A stretch of 40,461 bases of DNA from Octopus bimaculoides (Eukaryota), in contig NC_068984.1 in the NCBI RefSeq assembly GCF_001194135.2, forward strand, positions 132,480,519 to 132,520,979, read 5' to 3'. The position numbers and the translations under genes were made by a program. Position 1 is the stretch's first letter. Each line of letters starts with the position of its first letter. This document shows, one piece after another, positions 1 through 12,169 of this stretch. Below the pieces are notes generated by a model that saw only the letters and a program-made list of their open reading frames with translations, ran no database searches and was not told the origin of the DNA.

Positions 1-1430
1 GAGGAAAATTGTTTTCATTTCCCGACCAAAGGAAAGCGGTGGGGGCGATCTTCACGATAGAGTAGGCTGATAGTCCTATACGTGGTAGCTGCTGTTCGAT
101 ATAACTCCACAAGTCAGCAATGTTCGAGCACTGGACAAACGCGTGCAAGGCAGTTTCATCTATGCACGCATCTCGGGCCGGCACAATCGGTAGCACATTA
201 TCCTGCGTTGGCAATGCCACCACCCCTAGCCCGGTAGCACTGCCAAGCCAGAGATTTCTGGAAATTATCCATGGGCTCAGGCACCAAAGGACTAGATTAA
301 CCAGTTTCCGCACGAAGACTTTGAACCCACAGTCTTCGTAAGGACGCCGCCGCTTTTAAGCAGCACTAATCCCCTACAGAACTTCATAGTAGAGCATCTA
401 CAGACCGCATTGCCCGACCGGAAGAGGGCTGTGAGCGCCTCATGGCACTTATGATGCTAGGTACCCATCCTTAGTCAACGCTTCATCCAAGTGTGCAACT
501 CTGTTGAAGAGGCAAGCTGCGGAAAAGCACGTCTAACAAACGGTGACCATACCTGCTAACCGTCAAGGAAAACCTGGAGTTGCAGTAGTTTTAGTGCATG
601 TCTCTACTGCAGCGGATTCTGACAGTAAATAAACCTTCTGCCTAGCGAGATGCGTCCCTTCCACGAAAAGCGGAGGAGTAAGCGCTTCATTCAGATTTGC
701 CGTTGAAACGGGGCAAGGTACGACGGTCAAGCGGTAGTAGATGACAAATGCAATCTAGGTATTCGCCACCCTCACCAGATTCTTTAAGAAAGCTTCCTCT
801 CAGCTCATTTCTGGGTAAGACTAGCCAACTTAATCATCATATCACCTCATTCCAGTTCTTGTTCACTTGGAGGTCTGGACCAAACCAAGCTTCGAGCAAT
901 TTAGCTGGCCTGTCCGTCCAGCGTCTAACGATGCCGTTAAACCTGCCTCTCCAGGTGTCGAGTTGTCGGTCCACAACTTCTGGTTAATTTTTACTCCTGT
1001 CACCGCGTCGTATTCTCTTCGAGTAATGCTGATCATCTTGATTTGTTCTGCGTTCGGTACAATCACAGTGATGTCCGCATATGCAATCACAGATCTTCTG
1101 CTGCATCCTAGTTCTCGCGGGGATACGCCTCGAAGCCTCCAACTTCTGTAGTAGTGGCTCTAGAGTCAGTACATACAGAAGTAGAGATAGGAGTCACTCT
1201 TGACGGACTGATCACATGATACTGAACGATTCCGACAGGTGGTCATTTATTCTGATGTACATTGCAGCGATCCAGCCTCAGAAGGCGGCATCCACCTTCA
1301 GGACAGTCGCCTAGTATTAATGGTCGACCCTAGTATTAAAGCTTTCGACTGATCTAAATTGATCAAGGCTCCACCCTAGCAAGGCTCTTTTCCCACCCTT
1401 TCTATGATGTATCGTGTGAGGTGGAGGCAT
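1..1430 (-). mobile_element. Decayed non-LTR retrotransposon (L1/Tx1-like) ORF2: reverse transcriptase and downstream region
   Basis: Manual minus-strand translation through stops and frameshifts gives LHLTRYIIERVGKEPC*GGALINLDQSKA, SVRQE*LLSLLLYVLTLEPLLQKL, AYADITVIV..YDAVTGVKIN (YADD-like), WTDRPAKLLEAWFGPDL and QVWSPFVRRAFPQL. These are typical L1/Tx1 RT motifs. The element runs off the left edge of the window. Confidence 0.85.
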
Positions 1431-1649
1431 AGTAGACAGAAGATCTGGGAGCTTCTTTTGCATAAGTGATAGCCGCGGAACCATCTTGCTTTGAGGACAG
1501 GTGGATACGCTGATTCTACAAACTTGTTTGAGATCCTCTGGGAAATTTACTAAAACGATTGATTACAGTCCAGGAGGCAGGTGAATTTACAGGCTGCAAA
1601 AGAAAGTATACGTTGCTTTTTCAGCCGATAGTTTTGAATGCATTTCCTA

Positions 1650-2290
1650 GTTGGTCGGCAGGTGAATTTCTTCAGAGATTGTAACCTATAATCTTCACAT
1701 GTACCTCTGCAGTGTAGCTGTGTATGAAGTATTTGTGGGATTTGGGAATATAATTATGTGAAGGTGTATATGTCTGGAGGAATGTTTTGGTCCCCTCTTT
1801 AAAGCTGACCTATATAAGTTGCTAGATGTAACGAGTGCAAAACTTGCGAAGTTTTTGCCTGTAAACTGACTTGAAATGCCATAATGTAGTACATGTACGA
1901 TAGGCATCTTTGATTAGGAAATGGTTGAAAGATTCAATAGACCCGAATGGTTCCTGTTCAAATGTGAGAATATGTTGGGAGCTGAAGCCACAGGTATTTA
2001 GGTTTTCTGTGTATCGATCAAAGATACGTACGGCTGATGGTACTAATTGTTGTAGAGAGTTAATATGGTATCGGATTTGGTTTTTACGTCAGTATCTCTG
2101 GGAAGAGTACCATAACCAAAAAGAATTCTGAACATTGAAGTCTTCGAGCATAAAGATTTCAGGGAAAGGTGAAGTTAGATAAATGTTCTCGGTGCAGGAT
2201 GAGAAATGGTTGAAGAGTTTCTGATTGTAGAAAACGTTCGAAGAATAGTAGTGGTAAGAAATTAATTTATAGTACTGATATAGGAAGACA
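1650..2290 (-). mobile_element. Decayed LINE apurinic-like endonuclease plus linker (CR1/L2/Jockey-group-like)
   Basis: Minus strand reads PEIFMLEDFNVQNSFWL (cf. ILGDFNVHH..WL), NSLQQLVPSAVRIFDR (cf. L.QLV..PTRIPDR), then TLWHFKS and HNYIPKSHKYF. Several stops. Confidence 0.6.
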
Positions 2291-2392
2291 GGCTGTGGAG
2301 CAGAGTAATGGAAGTCCTTATTGCTGACAACAAGGTGAATGGCAGAGAGATTGGAATCTAAATATTCACAGACGCCATTTTTGTAAGAAAAG

Positions 2393-2590
2393 TTTTAAAA
2401 TTTTGGTACAAGGCCCGCTATTTTAGCGACAGAGAGTTAGTCAATTACATCAACCCCAGTACTCAACTGGATTGTATTTCATCCTTCCGGAGTCGATAAA
2501 ATAAGTACCAGATGAGCACTGGGGTCGATGCAATCGATTTGCCTCTTCCCCGAATTTGCCGGCCTTGTGCCAAAATTTGAAACCAATATT
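2393..2590. mobile_element. Two SINE family A 3' fragments in inverted orientation
   Basis: 2401-2470 is the reverse complement of 2508-2575; both match the family A body and tail (gtcgatgtaatcga...ggccttgtgccaaaatttgaaacc). Confidence 0.75.
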
Positions 2591-3019
2591 TTATGTATTC
2601 GATTAAGTGTTAGTGATAATCTACTAAACTATTGTGGAACTAACACATGTTGGTTCAATACTATTTAAGAGTCGATATTCCACTGTTACTCCACCTTTCG
2701 TGCTTGACAAGTAAGTGGCTGCCATGCATAGATGTAGTAATTTATCTCAAACACAGCAGCCACACGTTTGCTTTCTAAATTCTCAAATCAATGTTTTGCG
2801 TCCAAGTTGAATGCTACTTAACCAGCTTATATTTGGCAACAGTTCACCTCTTAATCTCTCAATTATTTCTAATGTCTTTTATCACGTGTGAAATATTCAC
2901 GTGAACGTTTGTCTAGGAAGAGAAGGAAAGAGAAATAAGCAATTAAACAGAGAGAGAGAGACACACACACGTAAAGAAACACAGAGAGAAAGATAGATCC
3001 AAAGTAAAAGAAATACGTA

Positions 3020-3021
<2 letters not shown>

Positions 3022-3070
<49 letters not shown>
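3022..3070. repeat. (GA)n microsatellite
   Basis: Pure GA dinucleotide run. Confidence 0.95.
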
Positions 3071-3075
<5 letters not shown>

Positions 3076-3142
3076 GGTGTAAGTGTATCTGTATTAGAGT
3101 TCATCTGAAAGAAAGATTTAAAATAATAGCAAAATGTCTATG

Positions 3143-4288
3143 TATGAGGCGTTGCTGAAAAGTTTCTGGCTTTAAGAGTATCGCGAAAGGGTGGAGCTGT
3201 TACCTTTACAGGAGAAGTAGGACAACTATTTAAGAGAAGATATGCAAAAAATCATGATTGTATGCAATATATCTTTCTCCTTTTTGCAGATTTAACACAT
3301 GATAGCATCTCCTACAGCGGATTTTGGTAAAATTGAAGCACGGGCGATCATGAAGTTCCTCTTTTTGCAAGGCAAAGGAAAGGCGGAAATCCATGGCAAA
3401 ATGAAGGAAATCTTAAAGGGTCACTTGCCCATCTTACTCCACAGTGAAAACTTGATCATCAGACTAATCATCAGTTTCCGCGACCGCAAAGAACAAAGCC
3501 GACGCTGTGCACGTCATTTTTCTCAAGGAACGCTGGATTCCAGCTAAATTCATAGTCGAGATTCTGGGGATTTTCTGCAAAAGAGTTGGCTACATCACCC
3601 ACAGCATTCCGGACATGAGAAAGCTTTCCGCAAAACGGGTGTCGAAATGCCTGAACGCAGATCAGAAACGCATCAGATGGACGACATCAAAGGCTATTTT
3701 GGACCGGTTTGCAGCGCGAGAGGCTGGTTTTATGGATCGTTTAGTCATCATGGCTGAAACTTGGCTTCATCATTATGATCCCCAGACCAAGCAGCAATCA
3801 ATAGAGTGGCGCCACAGCGGTTCACCGCGTCCCAAGACATTTAGAACCCAAAAGTCAGCTGGAAATATACTGGTTCTAGGACAAAAAAGTTCTCCTCATA
3901 AAATACCTGCCACAGGGTCGCACCATCAACGCAGAATACTACGTCTCTGTTGGACGAACTGCGTGAAGCTCTGAAGCAGAAACGCCGTGGAAAGCTGAAC
4001 CATGGAGTCCTGTTTTTGCAGGAGAATGCACCAGCACACACAGCACATGAAACTCCATGGAAAATACGCGACTTTGGCTTCTAATTCGTGAACCACCCAT
4101 CTTACTTCCCTGACTTGGCCCCTTCCAACTATCACCTCTTTCCAAAACTGAAGAAACAAAGGAACGAAATTTCAATGCGATTCGGAAGTGACTGCTGCTT
4201 CAGAGGCTTGGTTGGAGCCCCAACCTTCCGAGTTCTTTTTACAGGGTTTAGAAAAACTGAAATGTGTGAATCTGAGAGGAGAATATGT
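3143..4288 (+). mobile_element. Decayed mariner transposon, irritans/Hsmar2-like
   Basis: TA plus TIR-like tgaggcgttgctgaaaagtt at 3143. Frameshifted transposase: KIEARAIMKFL, RKLSAKRVSKCL (WVP region), AETWLHHYDPQTKQQSIEW, QENAPAH, HPSYFPDLAPSNYHLFPKLK. The right end falls into an N gap. Confidence 0.92.
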
Positions 4289-4419
4289 NNNNNNNNNNNN
4301 NNNNNNNNNNGTATGAATGTGTTTCTTTCCTTTTAGATTATTTTAGTTCTTCCTATAAAGAAGGAGCTGGGGGTTTTTTTTAACAAAGAAACAACGATGA
4401 GGAATTACATACAGATTTC

Positions 4420-4626
4420 AAATTTTGGCACAAGGCCAGCAATTTCAGGGAAGGGAGTAAGTTGATTACATTAATCGCAGTGCTCAACAGGTATTTATTT
4501 TATCGACGCCGAAAGGATGAAAGACAAAATCAACCTCGGCGGAATTTGAACTCAGAACGTGAAAACGGATGAAATGCCGTTAAGCATTTTTCCCAGCGTG
4601 CTAACGATTCTGCCAGCTCGCCGCCT
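4420..4626 (-). mobile_element. tRNA-derived SINE family A, full length (CCAAAATTTGAA-type tail)
   Basis: Minus strand begins aggcggcgagctggcagaatcgtt (A box-like), has ctgagttcaaattc (B box) and the conserved body shared with other copies. Confidence 0.9.
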
Positions 4627-5479
4627 CAATGAAGATTTACATATTGAAATTTAGGAAAATTTTGGATGTTTTCAGTGCGTGTATACACTTATGCAGGCAT
4701 TTTTGGGATAGCTGAGGATCGTGTGGGTGATATCTTTTACACTAGCCTAGCACGGTCAGCATTATCTATCCCAATATGAAGTTTTTGAGGCTTAGTTTTT
4801 GATCAGGTATTTAGTAAATTTCTCCTGTTTCTAGATAGCGAAGTCGTTGGCAGGATGTGATGTAATTATCACAGATCTAAGAAAGTTTACTCTCCTTATC
4901 AATGTTGTCGGTATCTTCGTGGTTGCTGGATAACTACCCCTGCACAACTTTCTACTGATACAACGTGTACTTCTTCCTAATGTATCTGACCATGTAGGTT
5001 AGTTCAGATAACTTTGATTCAGATAGAACAGTTCTACATAAAGGGCCCTTCATCTCCTCCCAAGATGTTAATATTTCCACTATTGAGTACACATATGGTA
5101 GACGAAAACGGAAAGAAGTCCATCGTGTGTGTGTGTTTGTCCACCACCACCGCATAGCTTTTTGTGGCTTTTTGCTACATGCGTCTCCTAGTTTTTAGAC
5201 ATGAGTGATGTCCATGCAGCTACCCGTGAGGCACATAGAATTCAGCATCCATTATTTTTTTTTTTTTTAAATAGATAGAAAGTTTTCTTGTGAAACCTGG
5301 GCTTCCTTATGCCATTAGCCAACTATTAGATCCCTCTCAGGCGATTTTTCCGATCGGTAGTTTTGTAAAAAATGTTAGTAGAGTCTCACTGGTAACGTTA
5401 TATATTTTAAGGGTAATGCTTACATAATGCTCATTTCGTACCTCATTTAACCACATTAGATTGCGGTTGTGCAGCATAT

Positions 5480-6400
5480 TTACATTCCAGTCCTCAGCCC
5501 GCATCAGTATCACCTCCTTCTACGAAATATTCTCTGGAGGAACATTTTCAACTTTGATGTTACGATATACATTTTGAGAGTTTAATGGAAACCAATAGTT
5601 GATAGTCCTCCAATCTTTTTAGTTTCCTTCCACAACGAAAACTTTGACTTTCATTTCGTAGATCGTGTTTAAAGGCAGCTGGTTTATTCGCAATTCTGTT
5701 ATTAGGTCCTATAGATTTTGAATAGTCTGTCATAGAATTGCAGCTGGTGATTAATGATTTCAATGTTCCTATTGCATCTAATGATACTATCTGATTATCC
5801 GTTGTTTACTCTCATCTGTCGATGTTTTTTGGAAAGAAGCAACTTATTTTGGTTGTGTGCTATCACTTCAACCAATTTCTGCTATTCCTATCTGTTGGCA
5901 ATGCCAAATACAGCATACTACAATAGGATATTAAAAAAACTGAGGGTTTCAATTTATGCTATATATCTAAGCAACTTGGGCAATCACAGATAACATCAAA
6001 TCAGTAGGGCTTCTGTTTTTAACGCCACAAACATTTACAATGGTTTGTTCATTTTGTGGCTTGTTAATTTAATGAGGTTTCTTCAAATCTTGCTGTAAGC
6101 TTTATTTTGTGCTATTCTTCACTCTATTTGTTTGCAAACAGCCACCGCATGTCTTTGCAATGGTGGCAGTTCTATTTCTGTGACATTGCTTTTGTGTTTA
6201 TTTTGATGGCAACTCATTATGTTATCAATTTTGTGGAACGCAATATCTACTGGTCTGTTGACACTCATTTATTGTGCATTTTTTATGGCTGTTTTACTAG
6301 AAATAGTAACGACAGTTAACTTTAGAAGTATGGAAATCAAAGCTGTCTACGTCCAATAAGACTATAACCTGTAACACATTGGCAGTACTAATACCAGTAC
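5480..6400 (-). mobile_element. Possible highly decayed Penelope-like element (end of RT to GIY-YIG)
   Basis: Fragments in PLE order: LLDVDSFDFHTSK (cf. FLDVTFDL.TG), EVIAHNQNKLL (cf. IISAHNKKLL), RIANKPAAFKHDLRNESQ (cf. RxxNHxxSFKH). Many stops and frameshifts. Confidence 0.3.
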
Positions 6401-6694
6401 CGACATTTGGATTACCAAACATTTCAAGAAATTCGAAACCAGAAGAACAGACGAGGAAAATATTAATCACTATCAGTAATCAATATACATAGGTTGAATA
6501 GTATATTTCTTCTCAACGTAACTAGCTTTCTAGTGTAAGTGCTTTGTCCTGAAACGTGAGTAGTTGGAATATTTTCCGTTGCAACAGCTCTTCATCCCTT
6601 TCATGTAATAAATCAAATGGATCTTTCCTTTTTGTAGGATTGGTAGCTGTTCTGATTCAACTCAAAAGCCCACTAAATTTCTTTTGATAATTCT

Positions 6695-6927
6695 TATTTC
6701 TTTATTGCCCACAAGGAGCTAAACATAAAGGGGACAAACAAGGACAGACAAAGGGATTAAGTCGATTACATCGACCCCAGTGCGTAACTGGTACTTAATT
6801 TATCGACCCTGAAATGATGAAAGGCAAAGTGGATCTCGGCGAAATTTGAACTCAGAACGTAACGGCAGACGAAATACTGCTAAGCATTTCGCCCGGCGTG
6901 CTAACGTTTCTACCAGCTCGCCGCCTT
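6695..6927 (-). mobile_element. SINE family A, young full-length copy (GGCAATAAAGAAATAA tail) with 16-bp target-site duplication
   Basis: A and B boxes present. TSD ttcttttgataattct at 6679-6694 and 6937-6952. Confidence 0.95.
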
Positions 6928-7458
6928 AGGCGATAATTCTTTTGATAATTCTGCGACTTGCGATAACTCACTAGGGTTTCTCGTCGTGTTACGGTGTATA
7001 TCGATGTATTTATTGAACACTTTATTTTCACCATTTAATTATTGTAACGGTTTGTTTTAAAGGGATTGCATCAACGAATGAGGTAATGGGGTGACTGTTG
7101 AAGTTTGGGATGCAAGAGAAAATGGGAATAAGGTAAAAAAGGACATGGGAGAGAGGAGGAGTTAGGGGATGTTGAGAGGAAGAGGTAGAGGAGGCTGAGA
7201 AAGAGGTAGGGAGGCTGAGAGAGAGAGTGAGGCGATAAAAGAGATAGAGAGGGAGACAAGGGAGAGATAAGGAAGAGAGAAAGGAGTGAGGAAGATTGTG
7301 GGGGTGGGAGTGGGAGGCGTATGGAAAGAGAGAGGGATAGTTGGAGATCATTATTTTCAAGTATAAGATCAAATAAATGAATTCTCGTATGTGGAAAGCA
7401 TATCCGAAAGAGATGAGGTTGGAAGATAAGCCAAGGTTGTATAACTGCAGAGATGTAA

Positions 7459-7460
<2 letters not shown>

Positions 7461-7494
<34 letters not shown>
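7461..7494. repeat. (CA)n microsatellite flanked by a 9-bp direct repeat
   Basis: atgtaagac at 7453-7461 and 7496-7504. Confidence 0.9.
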
Positions 7495-7496
<2 letters not shown>

Positions 7497-7920
7497 TGTA
7501 AGACTCGTGCATTTATATGAGGTGGTGACCGACATGAAATCGATGGGAAAATATTGAACGTTGAACAGGGAGGTAGCATAAATGGAAGACAGTGCAGCTA
7601 TACGTTAACACTTAACATTGCTATGACATTATGCTTCACACAAATTAAACACATTTCGATACCAAACTTGAACTCCACCAAATTGTAAAGCCAGTCAGTA
7701 GGAAAAAAAAAAACCTTTACATAAAGTCTAATTAATAACCTGATTTACTCGTTTCTGTCTTANNNNNNNNNNNNNNNNNNNNNNNNNNNNNNNNNNNNNN
7801 NNNNNNNNNNNNNNNNNNNNNNNNNNNNNNNNNNNNNNNNNNNNNNNNNNNNNNNNNNNNNNNNNNNNNNNNNNNNNNNNNNNNNNNNNNNNNNNNNNNN
7901 NNNNNNNNNNNNNNNNNNNN

Positions 7921-7988
<68 letters not shown>

Positions 7989-8817
7989 ATGCGCGCGTGC
8001 GCGTGCGTGTGTGTGTGATCGTCACGATTATAGTCGAATAGGATTAGATCTAATAACTTTGAGCTTATGTAATCTTCTGCGTCGGCTTTTGTTGTTACAG
8101 ACTTTTTTTTCGGCCAAAGCAGCTATCGTGTATCTGACCACCACGTGCAGTATCGATGAAGGTTATGAACAAAACTACGGTCAAATGTGCAGTGAACTGG
8201 TCCACCCTAAATGAGACAAACACGAGACACCAATTATCTAGTTTCGCATACATATCTGCACATAAAGATACATAGCAGTTCAGTGTTGTTTAGAGCTTAG
8301 TTTTCATTAACGAAAATTTAATTCTTTAATTAAGGAAATTAGATAATGTGACCGCTTTAATATATTACAGAAATGATGAAATTATTCAGTTAATTTTTAA
8401 CCCTTTGCCTGTCCGAAACATTTTTAAAGCTTGTCCTAAATATCTGCGCTTGTTTTCAGACTTTTTGTTGGTCCTTGCTTCGTACGTTCTGAGTAATATA
8501 AAACCTTTACACACATATTTTTTTTGCTTTTCTCTTTCTATCTCTTTCATCATCCTTTGTTTTACCTCTTCGTCTTTTTCTTCTCTCTTTTTGACTCCTC
8601 TCTCTGCCTCTTTTCCTACATCTCTCTCTCTCTCTCTTTCTTTCTCTCTCTTTCTCTCCCTCCATCTCTCTCTCCTTCTCGCTTTCCTTTCTTCTTATTT
8701 GAATAATTGATCAACTGAAATTTCCCTCCGTTTCTTATAACGAAACATTTAAGGAAACTTTCAGTGGAAAAGGTCAGTCTTTGAGGTGTAGTTTTAGTTT
8801 TGATTTACTTGAGCATG

Positions 8818-9045
8818 AATCATTATCACCATCATCATCGTCATCGTCGTCGTCACCATTTAACGTCTGTTTTCCATGCTGCATGGGTTGGACGGTTCGA
8901 CAGGATCCAACGTGCCACAAACGTCAGGCCCCAAAGTCAGCTTTGGCATGGTTTCTACACCTGGATGCCCTACTTAAAACCAACCACTTTACAGTTTATA
9001 CAGGATGCTTTTTTTTTCATGACACTAGCACTAGTGAGGTCGCAA
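8818..9045 (-). mobile_element. SINE 3' half with (GAT)n tail, possibly of the Meta-domain type
   Basis: Minus strand contains gtggttggttttaagtagggcatccaggtgtagaaacc and ends catggaaaacagacgttaaatggtgacgacgacgatgacgatgatgat. The Meta-domain assignment is from memory only. Confidence 0.55.
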
Positions 9046-9477
9046 GATATGACAAAATAAAGAAAAGGAAAAGGAAATCTCTCTCGACAGAGATTGTATT
9101 TGGAAAAAAGGGCGGTGGCCTTATGCCAGATACTGGAGGCTAAAATATCAATGAGACACAAGTACAGTTGTTTTGCTACAGAGGAACTACATGGCTATTC
9201 TGCACTATGTGAGGGTCGGTGAGAGTAGACAGAAGGGAGATAAAGACTTTGTGATGGGATGGCAAAGCGTTTAGCCTTTTAACTGTATGACTTTAAGTTT
9301 TTCATGGTTGCTGTTTTGATTTTCATTGATTGTAGCCATACATAAGTCTCTTTTGGTTGTTAAATATCACCCATAACTTTAGCAATCCGTGTTAAACGAA
9401 TCACCACTACACAACAACGCTAGTACTTAATCGTTAATCCAAGTAAAATTATTCCCCCAACAGCCCCACTAGAATTT

Positions 9478-9545
9478 TTAAGATGGTGAAGTATAATTTG
9501 AGGGTGACTTGGTTAATATTTTTGATAGTTTGACCGACCACAGAA
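9478..9545 (-). repeat. Fragment of dispersed repeat family E
   Basis: Its reverse complement resembles 33395-33460. Confidence 0.4.
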
Positions 9546-9629
9546 ATCTTCTCTTGTTGTCCATGGAATCAACAATATACTGTAGAAGCAAATGTTGGAC
9601 AGAACACACCAAGCTCTACCACCATCAAG

Positions 9630-10800
9630 TATTAGCTTGGATACAAAATTCTGTCGCATTTTAGACATATTAATTTTGAATACACTTTGTCAATGCTGAA
9701 TGCAATATAAACTTTTCCTTTTTTGTCCTAATGCTTTTCTTGTTTCTTTCAGATTAATTTAATACTAAAGTGTTTAATATTTCTGCAATCTGAGCCCTCT
9801 AGAATGAGTGCTGACCAAACACATGTAAGACATTGTATGCTGTATAAATACGAAAAGGGTTCCTCAGCAAAAGACGCTGCAAGAGATATTGGTTCTGCCT
9901 ATAAAAATGAAGCGCCAACTGTCCGAACATGCCATCGATTATTTAAACAATTTCGATCAGGAAACTTTTCCCTCAGTGATTCCTCTCGATCAGGTCGATC
10001 AAGTTCCTTCGATCTCGAGGTTTTACGGAATGTGGTGGAAGAAACTGCTAAGCAGACTGCACTAGAGTTGGCAGAAGTATTCAATACACGTCACAGAACT
10101 CTTGTAAAGCAACTGCACAAACTGAAAAAGGTGTCTAAACTTGGCTAGTGGATGCCACATAATCTGACTGCCATTTACGCTTCATTAAAGAGTAGACTTG
10201 CTAGTGACCCTTTTTAGGGATAGAATAATAACCAGTGGTGAAAAATAGGTGCTTTACAATAATATCCAAAGGAAACGACAATGGTTATCACCCAATCAAA
10301 AGGGGAAAACCAAACCACAAAAATGTTACGCTTTTTCTTTGGTGAGACATGAGTGGCGTAGTCTATCATGAAGTGCTGAACTCCTGCGAGACAATTAATG
10401 CTGATAAGTTACTGTCACCAACTGGAATCATTGTATCAAAAGTTGCAGACGAACCGACCAACATTGATTAATCGTGAAGGTTTGTTGCTCCTACACGACA
10501 ATGCAAGACCGCATATTGCTCGAATTATGCAGAACAAAATCCACACGCTTAATATGGAAGTTTTGCCACATTCTCCTTATTCACAAGACCTTAACTCATC
10601 GGATTATCATCTTTTCTTATCATTGCAACATTATTGGAAATGGAAAACAGTTCACAAATCGAGAAGAGGTAAAAACAGAAATTGAATTTTTCTTTGCACC
10701 GAAACCCGAAGATTTTTTTATGCTAGAGGGATCAACAACTTATCAGCCAGATGGTATTACATTATTCAAAATAAGTGAAATTATTATCTTGATTAAATAT
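9630..10800 (+). mobile_element. Decayed mariner transposon, mellifera/cecropia-like
   Basis: TIR-like tattagcttgg at 9630. Transposase from 9804: HVRHCMLY...RSGNFSLSDSSRSGRS...KVSKLG*WMPHNL, LLLHDNARPH, PHSPYSQDLNSSDYHLFLSLQ. Stops and frameshifts; no right TIR seen. Confidence 0.92.
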
Positions 10801-10899
10801 ATCCATTACAACCAAATGCATATACATACATATGTATATGCATATCTATATATGTGTGTGTGTACGTGTGCGTGTGTGTATGTGTGTGACTTTGCGCTT

Positions 10900-11098
10900 T
10901 CTATGCCCCACCACTCATCTTTTAACGACCAGTGTTGCTTTGTTTACGTCTCCGTAACTTAGCAGTTCGGCATAACAGAGACCAATCGAATAAATACTTG
11001 ACTCAACAATGATAAGCGCTAAGGTCGATTTGTTCGACTAAACTCTTTAGGGCGGTGCCCCAGCATGGCTACAGTCCAATGACTGAAACAAGTAACAG
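10900..11098 (+). mobile_element. SINE family B, 3' half
   Basis: gtttacgtctccgtaacttagcagttcggc...gggcggtgccccagcatggctacagtccaatgactgaaacaagtaa matches 36400-36567; preceded by a TG/TA microsatellite. Confidence 0.8.
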
Positions 11099-11417
11099 CT
11101 CGACAAAATAACTAGTATAGCTATGCTGAATAAGTAGCATAACTCTACTTGGATAAATAGGCTTAAGAAACAGACTGCATCGTTTGAGCTGAGTCAATAC
11201 CTTCCGCATGGGTGTATTAATACTACTCGCGGATTAGTAGCATTAGCAAGATATATACAATTAAATCATATATTATTGTATGAGGCGGTATAACTTTGCA
11301 TTAGTCATCATAAGTCAACAGCATCTTCTAGGAAAATCGTGTTCTTACTAAAGAAGGAATTCGGTTGAATTAAAAGAAGACTTGGAGGGTAATTAATCAA
11401 TATTATTTAAGGATTTT

Positions 11418-11885
11418 AGGCGGTGGGCTGGCAGAGTCATTAATAGGCCGGACGAAATGCCGCTAAGCATTTCGCCCGTCTTTACGTTCTGAATTCAAAT
11501 TCTTATTTCTTTATTGCCCACAAGGGACTAACCATAGAGTGGACAAACAAGGACAGACAAAGGGATTAAGTCGATTACATCGACCCCAGTGTTTCACTGG
11601 TACTTAATTTATCGACCCCGAGAGGATGAAAGGCAAAGTGGGCCGCGGCGGAATTTGAACTCAGAACGTAACGGCAGACGAAATACCGCTAAGCATTTCA
11701 CCCGGCGTGCTAACGATTCTGCCAGCTCGCCGCCTTATGAATTCGAGGTCGACTTTGCCTTTCATCCTTTCGAGGTCGATAAAATAAGTATCAGTGAAAC
11801 ATTGGGGGTCGATGTAATCGACTAGTTCCCTCCCTCAAAATTTCAGGCCTTGTGCTTATAGTAGAAAGGATTATTTAAGGATTTT
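11418..11885 (+). mobile_element. SINE family A (AGTAGAAAGGATTATT tail), interrupted just after its B box by a nested SINE
   Basis: Head at 11418-11502, remainder at 11745-11885. Flanking duplication attatttaaggatttt at 11402-11417 and 11870-11885. Confidence 0.85.
11503..11736 (-). mobile_element. SINE family A, young full-length copy nested in the preceding SINE
   Basis: Near-identical to 6695-6927. Confidence 0.95.
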
Positions 11886-12138
11886 AGGCGGTGAGCAGGC
11901 AGAATTGTTAACACGCCGAGAAAAATGCTTAGCGACATTTCGCCCGTCGCCACGTTCTGAGTTCAAATTCTGTCGATGTCGATTTTGCCTTTCATTCTTT
12001 CGAGGTCGATAAAATAAGTACCAGTTGAACACTGGGGTCGATGTAATCTCTTGCGCCGAATTGCAGGATTTGCACTGAAATTGAAACGTTTAAATGATTA
12101 CTTGCTGGCCTTATGCCAAAATTTAAAACCAATACTAT
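11886..12138 (+). mobile_element. SINE family A, full length, with partly duplicated tail
   Basis: aggcggtgagcaggcagaattgtt head, ctgagttcaaattc B box, ggccttatgccaaaatttaaaacc tail. Confidence 0.85.
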
Positions 12139-12169
12139 TATAGCTTATTGTTTCTAAATGAAACATATG

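Noticed and set aside
7028-7579. 183-aa and 154-aa minus-strand ORFs
   Set aside because: Driven by CT-rich low-complexity and (TG)n sequence; only a faint, unsupported resemblance to a PLE C-terminus.
8101-8161. Plus-strand AG..GT bounded segment (TFFSAKAAIVYLTTTCSIDE)
   Set aside because: Weak donor and no supporting context.
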